A stretch of 64,000 bases of DNA from Takakia lepidozioides (GCA_030704615.1 CM060731.1:14694001-14758000); one strand, 5' to 3'; positions 39,060 through 52,170 are shown, counted from the first letter of the stretch. Notes: a model not told the origin generated them from the sequence alone. Translations and numbers: made by a program.

Positions 39060-39865
39060 CCGCTGTAATTCTTTTGGTGCTATTTCTTGTCATATTTTTT
39101 CGTGGCGGCATTGTCTACATGACATTGTTCACGTGGATCCATTGAGCAGGATCTGACGGGTTGTACTCCCAAACCTTTGACTAACAGTCCCTGTACCTCT
39201 CCAAGTCGGAGGGGTTACCTCATTTCTTCGGTCTCCACCACTCTACCTTCACTTTCTTAAAATTAGGATCCTCCCTTTCTCGGATGACATCTGAAATTGC
39301 CATTCCCATCCAGACCGGGCACGTCGTTGGGTCATGAGGGCGAATGAGCACAAAAAACCCTTTCTCAATATCCTTGAACGGATTCAACAGTATCCTTGGA
39401 CGCTCGCACCTCGGGCCACAGTAAGGTTTTAGAACTTTATCCTCATCTTCCATATCATGCACTATATGTGGTTGGATGCCATCCCTCCGATGGTTTGAGG
39501 ACCAATTTGTTTTCGACCAGAATCCCTCAAGAAGCTGAATACGCTCCAGAATTTCCTGCATTGGCTTTATCCAGTTCGGCGAGAGTATTTCCCCGGTATT
39601 GGTCGTATTGTTCCATTACACCTCGGTAATGATCGTCAAGCAACATTCATTTGGTCCAAAAATCTTTGAATTTCTTAATACCATTTTTTATGAAGGACTG
39701 TTTTTCAGAGGAGTCATCCCCGACTCCCCATATCGGTCTTCTTGGAATGGCATCTGGGTTTCCTTTAGGGAGATTTGGAGTCCCGTCAGGGTTGGACTTC
39801 CACATATTAACCCTGGAGTTTTTAAGAAGCCACTTCGAATCAGTAGCTGACTTCTTGTACTTCAT
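39060..39865 (-). pseudogene. C-terminal part of DUF7869-like transposase T
   Basis: MKYKKSATDSKW..MWKSNPDGTPNLPKG.PDAIP, FVLIRPHDP..PVWMGMA..KVEWWRP; recalled as the C-terminus of this bryophyte transposase family. Confidence 0.6.
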
Positions 39866-39869
39866 AAGT

Positions 39870-40627
39870 TTAGGGTGCTAAGGGTCAGGCTTAAGCTTAG
39901 GGTAAGGATTAAGGGAAGGGTAAAGGGAAGGGTAAGGGTTTAGGGTTTAGGGTTTGGATTTAGGGTAGAAAGGGACAAACAAATATGGAAGACTCACACA
40001 TGGTAGTACAATAACTTGGTTTGGAGTGTAAGTAGGGTAGTACACTAACTTGGTTTTAGGTATATGGTAAGCTTAGGGTAAGGATTAAGGCCAGGGTAAA
40101 CGGGAAGGGTAAGGGTTTAGGTTTGGATTTAGGGTAGTACACTAAGGTTTTGGGTATATGGTAAGAGTAATGGTTTAGGGTACTAAGGGCTTAAGCCTAT
40201 GGAAGGATTAAGGGAAGGGTAAAGCGAAGGGTATGGTAAAGGTACAAATGGACAAACAAATATGGAAGACTCGCACTCACTAGAACTTGGTGTGTATGGT
40301 AAAAAAACGAAAATAAAAATGGAGAAATGTTCAAATATTATGGAAGAGTCATTGAGACGGACAAGTATTTAAATTAACGACTCGTCGTTGGAACCTGGTC
40401 TTAAGATACATAGAAAGCATACTAGTATGCAAAGGTAAGTGCAAGTGAATCCAAAACAAACAAGAAAAGTAGTGCAAAAAAGAAGGGAGAAGAGATTTGG
40501 ATTACCATAAGGTCCATAACCATTATTGGTTATGGTATGGATAGTACAATCTTATTTGCAAAAGGTATGGTAAGGGTTTAGGGATAAATGCTTAAGGGTC
40601 TTTTATAATAAAGGGTTTAGGGTAAAG
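39870..40627 (+). repeat. Degenerate telomere-like (TTTAGGG/TAAGGG) tract
   Basis: Multiple TTTAGGG units. GGACAAACAAA(T/C)ATGGAAGACTC recurs at about 38426, 39975 and 40250. Confidence 0.75.
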
Positions 40628-40632
40628 GGTTT

Positions 40633-43600
40633 TGATAATGGCTAAGTGTCAGTACCACGAGGGCAGGACAGCTGAAGCCATGAGGGTATATGGTGGGTAG
40701 TGAATTACTTCACACTACTTAGCCACAAAGCAGAAAAGGCTAAGCGCTCGGCACTTAGCAGTAGCGGAACACACTACCACGAGGAGCAGCAGCGGGTAGG
40801 GTAGCAGCCGTGGGCCGTGAACCACAATATCACACGGCCACGGTAACATAGGCTTTACTAATAGAAGAAGTAGTGAAGGGCCGTGGACCATGTACCACTA
40901 TGGCATACGACCACAAGTCACGACCAATACCACGGGCCAATTTTTGGCAAACCCTTTAGGTTGCGTAGGCAGTTAGGCAACGGTCATTAACGACTGCACG
41001 TTGTAACGGCTCTTTCGAGCATATTATAAAAGGGTTGCACGCATTTTAGAAGGTATCAGTGATCAGTGTGTATCCAATAGAATAAGAGTGATTCAATGTG
41101 TACTTGTGATATGATGTGATGAACTCTGAAGTAAAGCCATACTATTCCAAGTATCTCTATGTAGAGTGATTGTGAGATGGAGAGAATGTGCATTATGAGA
41201 GAACGTGAGATAGTGAGAATGTGCATCATCTCAGAATAGATCTTGTTTGTCTTGAATATTGTTTGACTGTATGAACAAAGAGGCTTCAGCCTTTCCGACT
41301 AAGATCTTTTTAGCTGATGAGACTGCAGGTTGGGCTTAATTAGTAGGATTAAGCAATCTACAGAGATGTTGATTCATACGACTACCATGGTTTAGCTATC
41401 CTTCAAACGATTACTCTGTAATCGTTTCCGAAGGCATACCGTCGGACAACCGCTGATGCATGTCTTGGGAAATAGGTTGTAGTGTTGAGAGTCTGTTTTG
41501 TCTAAGTCATAAACCAACGGTTAACATTTGGCGACCATACTGGGGACTAACGGTATGTTGAGTTCAAGTGAACTCAAGGAAGGATGGCTACTTAGTGATT
41601 TTTTGAAATCACAAAAGAACGAGTCAACGGAAGTAGGGGAATGGAAAGCATTCCTGAAAAAATTTCATGGCTTACCAGTAGCAATACAACAGAAGATTTT
41701 TTCTTTCAATTGCAAAAGAAGATGACAAATAGGGATTAAAGGGAGGAGTTATGAGTATTACACGAGCACCTTGGGAATGTAGAATCAGAAGTGAAAAGTG
41801 GTTGTCTCATCTAGCTTTATTGATTACTCTAATCCCAATCAGAAAAGTTTGCTACACTAGTTATATTTTCAGGGAAGGATGTTCAAATTATGAATATTGT
41901 TATATGATCATAGAAGCAGTAGAGTACTGGATACCCAAAGACTTGTTACAAGTCAGCTACACTGAGAAAGACAAATCGTATTATTGTGTCCATTAAAATA
42001 TTTTCAACCTCAGATTTCATCATTTCAATAAATTCAAGATTGGTGATCAATCAGTAAAGGAAAATTAAGTCGTTATACGGATTTTGGCAGAATTGGAGAA
42101 AGGGTAGAGACCACTATAATTTTCTTTACTGACATACCAAGGCTTATTTAAGGGTGCTGAAAAGGAATTTTGTATATGATGTGCGAATGAATGAGGAAAA
42201 TAAGGAAAAAACTAAGCAAGACAGAGCTGAAAGAATAGAGAAATATGCTGCAGAAAAGGAAGCTCGGTTGATAAAAGAGTTCCCGGAATTACAAATTCCC
42301 GGAATATTATTCAAGGAGAGGCGTCAAGACAAACTGACATTGATAAACCAGAAGATCAGGAAATTAGATCTCCGGAAAGTGAGAACACTACACCAGAAGG
42401 AGTTGCAAGTAATGCACTTAGCGAATGGTTACCACAAGAAAGATCTGAAGGACCTTCTACAGTAATAAGTCCAAATCGAGGTTTTGCTGAAATATTGGAA
42501 GAAAAGTTTGAGAATATTCTGAGTGAAGAAGGTGAGAGAAGTGAAACTGCTTCTCCAGAAAGGATAACCAGAACTGCACTCAAAGCTTTTAAAGATTCAT
42601 TAAACTTAGTGGGGACAGCAGTTGGAAGACGACTATCTTTAGGATAAGGACCCCTAGTTTTGAATCATTGTTTGGAAGACAAACACTAACAACACCACTA
42701 GTCTTGACAATCCCAACACCAACACCAACACAGCCAGCAGCAGCTGGACCATTTCAATTTGGACAGTTGGTTGCACCAGCAACACCAGTTGTACCAGCAG
42801 CACCAATGGCTTTAGCAGCAAGCAAAACTAGACCGCCGTTTCCTTCATATGATGGGAAATCTGATCCGGATATCCATCTCAATCAATTTGAGAACAGGTG
42901 CACCATTGACAATGAAATAACAGACCAGGAAAAGATCCAATTATTTCCTTGTTCAATGGCCAGAAAATGCATTGAATGGTTGACAACCTTTCCAGCCAAT
43001 CACTTTGCGAATTGGGCGGATATGAGGGCAACATTCCAACAACGATATAGGTCCAACAAATCCACGTCTGAAATCTTCACAGGATTACAGAACCTGAGAC
43101 AGAAAAAGAAAGAATTGGGGCCGAATATGAAGTAGGGCCCGAGCAGAAGATTTTATTCGCCCAAACTCCAACACAAGTTGAAGATCTGGAGGGCTGAACA
43201 CCCAAGGAGAACCGAGTACTCCGATAACGGAAGATCCTGATAAAGAAGCTATGGACACACCTCAACACCCTGCCCGTTTTTATCAAGAAAGAGAAGAGGA
43301 CATTAACATTAATGAAGTACCTGCCACGATTGCAACCATCGGACAGGAGATTGCAGGATGGACAGTCACAGAAGAAACTCAATTGATTCAAGTAAATCTT
43401 GGAACAATAGAAGAACCACAGATAATATGAGTAAGTGCAGGTCTTGAAGAATCATTTCTACAAGAAGCCCTGCATTATTCACGGAATACAATGATGTATT
43501 TGCTTGGAACTACAAAGATTTGAAGGGCATACCTTCCAACATCTGTCAGCACCGAATTGAATTGGAAGTTGATACAAAACCAGTTCGTCAGAACCGTTAC

Positions 43601-43640
43601 AGAATGAACACCAACTATGCAGCTAAAGTTTGGGAAGAAA
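40633..43640 (+). mobile_element. 5' part of non-chromovirus Ty3/Gypsy element A: LTR 40633-41526, PBS 41529-41546, extra ORF (about 41557-42465), gag (42668-43135), start of RT
   Basis: LTR TGATAA..TTAACA preceded by GGTTT. PBS TGGCGACCATACTGGGGA (tRNA-Arg-like). Gag FPSYDGKSDPDIHLNQFE. Ends at HRIELE..YRMNTNYAAKVWEEI. Confidence 0.85.
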
Positions 43641-43646
43641 TCTCTC

Positions 43647-45582
43647 CGTTGGCTCTGCCACATCCTCTTCTCCTTCTTCACCTTCCGCTTCAGAAACTGG
43701 AGTTCCTGCTTTTGGTGTTCCATGCCAACTCTTATCAAAGATTTCTGTCAAATCTTTTATCCAGAGATGTACCTCAGATCTTTCACCTCGTGATTGATCT
43801 TCTTCCTGTACCAATTCCCTTAATCTTTCTTGCAAAGAAACAGAAGGAGTGGCATCCAACTCTAGTTCTTCCGGTATGGGTGATGTACTCTTTGATCTTA
43901 ATGGTGTGAGAGGTCCAGATGATTCCCCTATGTCTATTCCTCTCTCCCAAAGATATGGATAATTAGCTTTCAGATAGCTTTCTCTTTTTGCTGAATATCT
44001 CTGGCGTCTAGCTTCTCTTTCATCACTCATGTCCCATGTCTTTCATTTCTTTTAATGTGGCAATAACCAAAACTCTCTTCTGTAATATCTCTCGTATATG
44101 CCTGGGTTTCTTTCAAGCTTCAATGCACCCTTGGCTATACTTGAAGTCTCCGTTACCATATAACCATATGGCAAACAAGTCTGGAAAGCTGTTCTTGGTG
44201 TGAGTTTGATCCACAAAATATCCTTTGGAATCCAATTCTTTACCAGTACAAGCTCTTCATGCATATGAGTATAAACATTCACCTTTCTTTCTTCCCAGCC
44301 TTCAAACTCTACTCGCTTAATGGATAGCAATGCTATCACAGTAACCAACGTGCTCTTCCTCTACAGGCTACCTGATAAATCTTTATCACTCCTTTCTCCA
44401 GACCCCATTCCGGATCAGCATCATGCACTCGCTTAAGAATATTTTCTTTACAACCGTCTGGCAATTCCAAGAACCTTTGAAAGAATTGTTTGGACAATCT
44501 TTCTTCCTTTGTTCCACAGGGAATTTGATTCACTTCAAATTCTTTAATGGTCCAACCACCATGATCCCACCATCACATCTGGTTGTTCATGACTCAGTTC
44601 CCCAGTATGGTTGCCAAATGTCGGGCGACTTTTACTCACCCATCCCTTCGCTATTCCGAGGCGGAAACTCCAAGATAGAAGAGTTGGAAATCTCTAAGTA
44701 CTCAGCCCGCGCAGAACAATCAGTCATGACCTACAGCTAGTGTATCATGGGGGTGTTTCCTATTTGTTTCCCTTTCTGCATTCATGTTAGCTACCTTACC
44801 ATTACTAATTAAGTATCAGTTTGCTTCATCAATCTATCGGATTCCATCAACCCATCCATTCATTCCACAGCTTCACTCAGATCTCTCTACACAATGTGAT
44901 TGTATCGTATAAGTATCAGATTATGATTTATCAGGTATCAGGCCGAAGCCATTGTGTCTCTAATCTGCTCTACAATATCACTACAGCTTTGCATATAACA
45001 AGCATCTACTAATCATCTTTCCTCCTTCACCGTGCTCTCCATCTTTACTCTCCGTCCGATCCCCTCTCATGCATGACCAAGAACTCCCCCCCCTGAAGTG
45101 CTTCCAAGAATATATATATGTATGTCCCCTTCTCAGTCCTTGTTTCTCCCTTTATCTTCCTACCCGTGGCTCTAACCGTTTCCCTCACTAACCGTCGTCC
45201 GTGAACTAACATGTTCCATTTGCAGGTGTTGTTCCCCACAGTCGTTCCCTGCCCTGCTCTCCGTTCCCTATGGTCGTGACAGCTGTGTCAAGCTGTGACT
45301 GGCTGTGTGAAACTGTGACGGGCTGTGACTGGCTGTGCGACTGTGTTTGGCTGTGTCGGCTGTGACTGGCTGTGTTGGCTGTGATGGCTGTGTCGGGCTG
45401 TGACGAGCTGTGCTAACTGTGTCTGGCTGTGTCGGCTGTGACGACTGTGACGGACTGTGTAACCCCCCTCTACAGTGCGCTGCTGTCACCCCTAAGGCTC
45501 CTGTTGGTCTCAGTCTGTGCAAAAATTAAGGGTACCCTACAGATCCCGTATAAGTGTCTAAGTCCCAGACAGTCCTCTAACA
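43647..45582 (-). mobile_element. 5' part of Ty3/Gypsy element B: LTR 44619-45582, PBS 44599-44616, extra ORF
   Basis: LTR TGTTAGAGG..CCCGACA, near-identical to 62235-62884. PBS TGGCAACCATACTGGGGA. ORF homologous to that of element A. Confidence 0.87.
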
Positions 45583-47112
45583 CATATCTTGGGAGATCGT
45601 GAATGACCACATCAAATCCGGAAGAATGTAGGTGTTGCGTTCCTTTAGCTTCTTCGAGAGATAGCTAAAGAATCCGTCAATATCCTCATGGGTGTGCCCG
45701 ACCATGAGAAAATCTAACTGGATCTCTTCAAAGGCATCTTTGGCAGTGAGGAGGGTAGGGAAATCAAGCATCCATCTGTTCTTATTGTCCTTGGCGGAGT
45801 TGTCCATCTGCAAATAAAGTCGTCTAAGAAGTGGTCGAGCACCACGTTTATCTTGCGGCGTGCAGGGTTTCAGAGCCTCCAAACATCTCGATTTACCTCT
45901 CATGAGCGTTTCAAACTGCAGTATCGAAAATGTTCATGGATTCCCGGCATGTCGCCTTTTCAAGTTGGCGCAGGCAATGAGCCAACGACCCAATTGTGAA
46001 GTTTGAATTTCCCTTCCAGAACTCAAGAGAAAATTGAGCGTAAGCTCCATCATCGTGTCCGTGTGTGAGGAATTGCACCGTTTGCAAACACATTGTCATG
46101 TCATTGAACTACTTCCAGCCACCGCGCTGCTGCCTCCTCCATCCGGGCAACTGACCCAATCCCAAGACCATTTTGTTCGTCGTATGTAGCCTCGGAATAG
46201 TTGTTTTCCTATGATCCATCTTATTGTGAATAATACACAGGAACTCCTCCGGAATCATAACGGACTCATTCCTCTAGCTATGGTACAACCTTCTGCATGA
46301 CTCTTGATGTCTCAAGTGCATATCAAGCGCCCACTTATGTGCGACATGTTCGGTACTCCTCTTCTTGATCAAGTCCTTCAACATCTCGCATTCTGTGCAC
46401 TTAGGAAATGTGCTTCCGGTTTTCCGAACCTCCACGTTATGAAATATTGGATTCCGGATGCGGCTTACAGTGGGCTGCAAGGCTCCTTTCAAACCGAGAA
46501 GTCTGTTCGTCTGCACCCCAACTCCCCAATAATGTCAACGTCCACTGGGTAGTGGAGGTTCTACAAAGTCGAAGAACAAGAATGTATGATGGCATCAACA
46601 CGACTAAAATCAGCCACAGTATTTTGAAACAGGAAATGAGGACATGGAAAAAAAATCATCTCGTTGGACTCCTCTCGAATTCTCTTCTAGTTCATTTCGG
46701 GTGGCAAAACTCTCAAAGTATCCCAACGTCCCTCTGCCATGCAACGTGTTTTGTGAGGCATAAGGTCAGTATTGGCATTGATAATGGACATAATGTTCTC
46801 CTCTGCCTGGAGTGTCCTTGGTCGAGGCCGCTTGACGCCACGATTTCCGTGCAAAGATGACAAATAGCTCTCTTTACTGAGCTTTTTGTACTCCATGTAC
46901 GTTGACCTTCCAATTCCGTGTATTATCCACCATGCTTTCTCACAAACACCAACACCCTCTATCGTAACATATGACCTGCCCGATGCCTCTTCCATGATAT
47001 GAAGTCATTTTGAAACATTCAATCCAAGTTCTCTCCTTTCATCGAATGACGAACCCCAAGTACGAATTGCCAAGGTCCTTCTCCAATCAAAATACTGGCA
47101 GCACTGAAGCTT
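45583..47112 (-). pseudogene. Central, catalytic part of DUF7869-like (Sola-like DDE) transposase T
   Basis: GVCEKAWWIIHGIG, HGNRG, FPKCTEC..HLRHQESCR, LYLQMDNSAKDNKNRWML..FLMVGHTHEDIDGFFS. Confidence 0.8.
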
Positions 47113-47117
47113 ACAGC

Positions 47118-49662
47118 TGTCAAGGACGAGAACATGATTGAACACAAACAAGAGATCAGACTAGAGGTACAAGACTAGACAAGAAGTCAAGGTCGGCGTG
47201 GCCGAATGCATGATGAGTAAATAGGAATCAAGACGATCTTATAAACAATGAACAAGAGTACGAGATATTGGAACACGACTTGAATACTGGAATGCTGGAA
47301 ACTGGACTGGAGTACCAGATACTGGAAACTGGGCTAGAGTACTGGGAACTGGAAACAAGAGTAGCTTGAACTGGTGTTGGCGAGACTGAAGAGTGTCCAG
47401 TCTCGCCTCCTACATATAGTGACTATTAAGAAGTTCCCTAAGAAGCTTCCCCTATGGAGGTTTCTTGATGGAGAAGTTTCCAAGATTAAACAAAGGTTTC
47501 TTGATGGAAAAGCTTCCTTAAACAAAGGAGGTATCTTGATGGAGAAGTTTCATCCAAAAGAAGCTTCCTGAGCAGTTTCCCAAGTTACTCTTGGTAATTT
47601 GGTAAACTCTTGATAACTTGGTAAGTAATGGTAAATCATGGTAGATCACGGTAAATCATGGTAAGTCATGGTAATTTTTGGTAACATGGTAACTTGGTAA
47701 CTTCTGGTATTTACTCCTGGTAAGTTCATCTGGGCTTTGTCCATGACATCACCCCCTCCTCTAGCGCCGAGTTCTTCGAGGAGCAGTAAAATCTTGGACT
47801 TGCTTAGAGTTGGGAAAAATCCAAAATCCGGCGAATGGTACTTGCCAAGTATTCGGCTCTTCGTTCTTGACTCAAATGATTTATAGGTCTGTGCAACCAT
47901 CGATAGTGTCCAACACCTTGAACTTGGGACCACGCAGTGATTTGAGTATTCTGATTTTTGAAGCTGCCTTCAAACATGATTTCGTTGTCCTCTGGGTCCG
48001 AAGCATCAACCTCCAACATAATTATCAGACTTCGAGTAGGCTCCATTTGCCGTCGTACGGGGTCCTGACGAGGAAGTATGCGTCGCATTGGTGGCCCATC
48101 GTCTCGAGAGCGTCGACGTGATGTTGAAGGTCGTGAGAGTCGGAACGGCTGATCTGATAATTGGGTAAGCGACAACTCCAATGTATCTGGTTCCTGTGAC
48201 TCCATGCTGCCAATACAATATTCAAGAGTGTTGGAAGTGCTGGAAGTGTAGCTATATATACTGATGTGTGGTGCTCCTCCCTCCTTAGTGTGTATCAGGT
48301 ACATTGAATATGGAGTCTTCACCTTGAAGCTAACTTGGCTGACATCATCGTTGTGACGTCTTATTGACGTGTAGCTCGGGGCTTAGCTGGATATCGTTGA
48401 TGAAACTCTTGGACTTTGTCAGATGCATTGGCGAGGTTGGATGAAGGTTCCCACGTTCGTTCGCTGATGTTATAGCCTTTCCAATGTACGAAATACTCAA
48501 GTCATTTATACTTGATGCGAGAGTCTAGGACTTCGTCGACTTCATACTCAATTTCCTGATTGACTTCAATTGGTGGAGGTGGTACGGAGACTCTCCCTGG
48601 AATATTCGATGGATGATACAACTCCAATAATGAAACATGAAAGACTGGATGGATGCGCATACTTCGTGGGAGTTCGAGCCGAAAACTGACCGGATTTATT
48701 TGTCGAATAATTTTGAATGGTCCCAAGTGTTGATAATCCAACTTCATTGATGGTCGCGAGGTTTGTATGTCCCGTCAAAGAAGCCACACACGATCTCCGA
48801 CCTTGAACTGGGGTTGGAGTTGGCGACGTTGATCTGCATATTCCTTGTATTGTTCTTGAGCTTCTGCGAGGTGGAATGTAAGCTCCTTGTGAATCGTAGC
48901 AAGATGAGTAGCAAGGTTTTCTTCAGCAAGGCTTCCAACAGTCTTCATGTGGAAAGGGTTTGCTCGAGGTTGATGACCATAATTAGAGAAAAATGAAGTT
49001 TGCTTGGTCGAAGAATGTATAATGTTGTTATAGGCAAACTCAGCCAATGACAGAAGATCCGTCCAATTATCTTGGTGATAATTTTCGTACAGTGAAGATA
49101 CTGCTCCAAAATCTGGTTTACACGTTCGGTTTGACCATCAGTCTGTGGATGATTAGCTGTAGAGAGGTTGATCTTAGTATCCAATATGTGAAATAATCCC
49201 CTCCAGAATTTTGATATGAACTGTGGTCCTCGATCAGATACGATGTCTTCGGGAGTCCATGAATGCGGTAGATATTATTGAGGAAGAGTCTTGCAGTTTC
49301 CTCGCCGATAACCGTCTTATTACATGGAATGAAATGTGTCATCTTTGTAAAATGATCTACAATAATAAGGATTGAATCGGTGGTCTTGGAAATTGGAAGG
49401 TCCGTAATAAAGTCCATAGACACGGACGACCATGGACCCTTGGAATGGGTAATGGTTGAAGAAGGCCGTAAGGTCGATGTCGTGGTCCCTTTGCTCTAGC
49501 ACACGTGTCATAAGATTTTATAAATTCTTTCACGAATTTCCACATCTGCGGCCACCAATAATCCCTGGATATCAATTCCATTGTTTTGATGAAGCCGAAA
49601 TGTCCTGCAGCCGGAAGATCATGACATGTTTGAAGAATTTCTTTATTTGATGGCATTGTCAT
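47118..49662 (-). mobile_element. 3' half of Tcn1-like chromovirus C: integrase, chromodomain, extra ORF, PPT and 3' LTR 47118-47748
   Basis: [90 protein letters not shown]. Flank ACAGC at 47113-47117. Confidence 0.9.
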
Positions 49663-49869
49663 GTAGGAGTATGATAATTTATCATTATTCTATGTCTGGA
49701 AAAAACAGTGTTGTGACAGCAAAAAATGGACACTGTAGGCTGCAATCACCCATGTTATCAAATAGTATTTGATTGGCCATTGCCAATCATCTTGATCTTG
49801 ATTCTGAAGGTCTTCTAATTCTTCTACGTGCGGTGACTGCATAAGTCTCAATGCTAATGTTGGTCATTT

Positions 49870-52084
49870 CTTGATCAATTGGCTCCTCGTTTTCTTTGTC
49901 ATGCTTTTCGTGTTTTGACTCTTCTTCAATAATTGGTCATTCATCAAGGGGTTCATCCTCATCTGATGAGTCTTCTTCTTCATCATTGTCATCCATTAGT
50001 TTCAGTGCATCTGGAAGGTCATAGTCTCCTTGGAATACTCATAGAGCGTCTAGAGGATTTGTCTCTTCATCTTGTGCTTCTGGTTGAACAACAAACAGAA
50101 ATGCTTCGGGAAGTTGATCCTCTACTCCTGTGGCTGGTTCTCCAGTAGTAAGTCTTGATAGATGATCTGCTGTAACATGTAATCTTCCAGGTTTATGAAC
50201 CACTTCAAAATCATACTCATGAAGAAGCAATAACCATCGAGCAACCCTGCCACTAGCTAGTGGTCGATTAGCTAAATGAACTAGAGCCTGATAATCAACA
50301 ATAAACTTAAAGCGATTGCCAAGTAAATAATGCCGAAACTATTGAACAGCATAAATCATTGCCAATGCTTCCCTTTCCGTGGTACTATAGTTTTTCTCAG
50401 CTGCTGTCAGCAATCTGCTTGCATAATAGATTGGTGAATCTATTGTGCCTGTCACATTCTGGGCCAGAACTGCCCCCAAAGCATTGCCTGATGTATCACT
50501 GTGTACATGAAATGATAAATCCCATCTTGGATTTATTAGAATTGGTGCTGATGTGAGTGCCATTTTTAGTGAATCAAATGATTCCTGGCAAGCTGGAGAC
50601 CATCGGTATTCGACATCTTTCTTCAACAGTCTATAGACTGATGCCGCTTTGTGATCATATTTGGCCATGTACCTTCTGTAATAGCTTGTCTGCCCCAACC
50701 TCTTGAGTTTCTTGGGATTTTCTGGTGGTGGTATTTTCTAGATAACATCCACTTTCTTCGGATCTACTAGAATTCCCTGTTGGCACACAATGTGTCCCAA
50801 CAGTAATCCTGAATTCACACAAAATATACATTTTTCCGGATTGAGACTTACTTCATTGTCTCTGCAGGCTTGTAGGCAAAGTTTTAACTGTGCCAAATGT
50901 TTGGATGTCTGTCCGAAGACACTGAAATCATCCAAGAATACCTGCATAAAATCATTGAGATAACTCTTGAATATCTCAGATACTGCTCGCTGAAACGTGG
51001 CTGGTGCGTTGCAAAGTCCACATGGCATGACTTTGTAAGCATAGGCTCCTCATTCAGTGATGAATGCGGAGTGAATGCAGGGTTGACTGGACCAAAATGG
51101 ACGTTATCAGCACAATTTTAGATGACTGCAATTGATGGTGTCATCAATTGAAATTGAATTAACTCATTAAAACCAGAAAATATATATGTCATTGGATTCC
51201 TAGCTTCAATACGCACCCATAGCAACTCTCCAATCATGAATCCAATAAGAAATGACTCCGCTATGGACTTTTGAACATCGTCATTGTGGACCGTTACCGC
51301 AATGAATGGAATTACAATGGACTCAAGATCTCCTATGTGACATTGATGAATTCCACTGAAATTTGGACATAAGGTAGCCATTTCGGTCCACATCATAGGT
51401 ATGGATTTGAAGTGGCAAAATCATTTGTCATTTGACTCATATGGACTAATATATGTAAAACAAATAGGCGTTTTTTGAAAAGTCCATAGCTCATCTTGAT
51501 TTTTGGATTTTGGGTCACTTTTTTTCTAGAAGTATAAAAACCTATAATCTTCAATGGCTAGGTGTCATATTGAAATGTTTTTGTAAACTCTAATTTTTAG
51601 TTTTTCATAATTCTCTAAATAATATACTAAAATATTTAATGAATTATATCTTTAATATTTGGGGTAGGACTCTTTACTAAATATGTTCAGTATACCATTA
51701 TCTATCACTAAATTTTTTTTTGGGATAGTATCCTCAACTTTGTTTTTTGGTCATGACTTTCATGGAGCAGGATCTGCCGTTTTTGGTCCACTCAATCTTG
51801 CAACTGCCGTGCGGTCTTTTCTCGGTCTTCTTCTGCCATCTGTACCTGATTGTACCCACTGAACCCATCCATGAATAAGTACATCTCATGTCCTGCCACT
51901 GTGTCCAACACTATCTCTGTGAAAGGTAGTGGAAAAGGGGTCTTTCTTGGTTCCTGCGTTTAATTTGCGGTAGTCCATACATACTCGTAATTTACCATTC
52001 TTCTTGAGTACTATCACAATGGGTGATAACCATTGTGGTGTCTCTACTGGGTATATGAATCCTGCATCCAGTAGCCTCGAGAGA
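49870..52084 (-). pseudogene. RT/RNase H portion of element A (displaced, inverted)
   Basis: SRLLDAGFIYPVE..WLSPIVIV..DYRKLN, QVFLDDFSV, HSDTSGNALGAVL..EKNYSTTEREAL. Begins where the RT at 43640 stops. Confidence 0.85.
51070..51809. mobile_element. 740-bp non-autonomous DNA element inserted in the RT of A
   Basis: Flanked by direct TGCGG (51065-51069, 51810-51814). Imperfect inverted ends TGCA(G/A)G(G/A)TTGA(C/G)TGGACCAAAA. Removing it restores EKTA|FITE. Confidence 0.75.
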
Positions 52085-52170
52085 AACATCACCCTCAAGC
52101 AATTTTCCTAACAAATACTTGGAAGGACGAAAAGAGCTCAAAGAGAGTCTTAGAGGGGGGCAAGGGGGTG

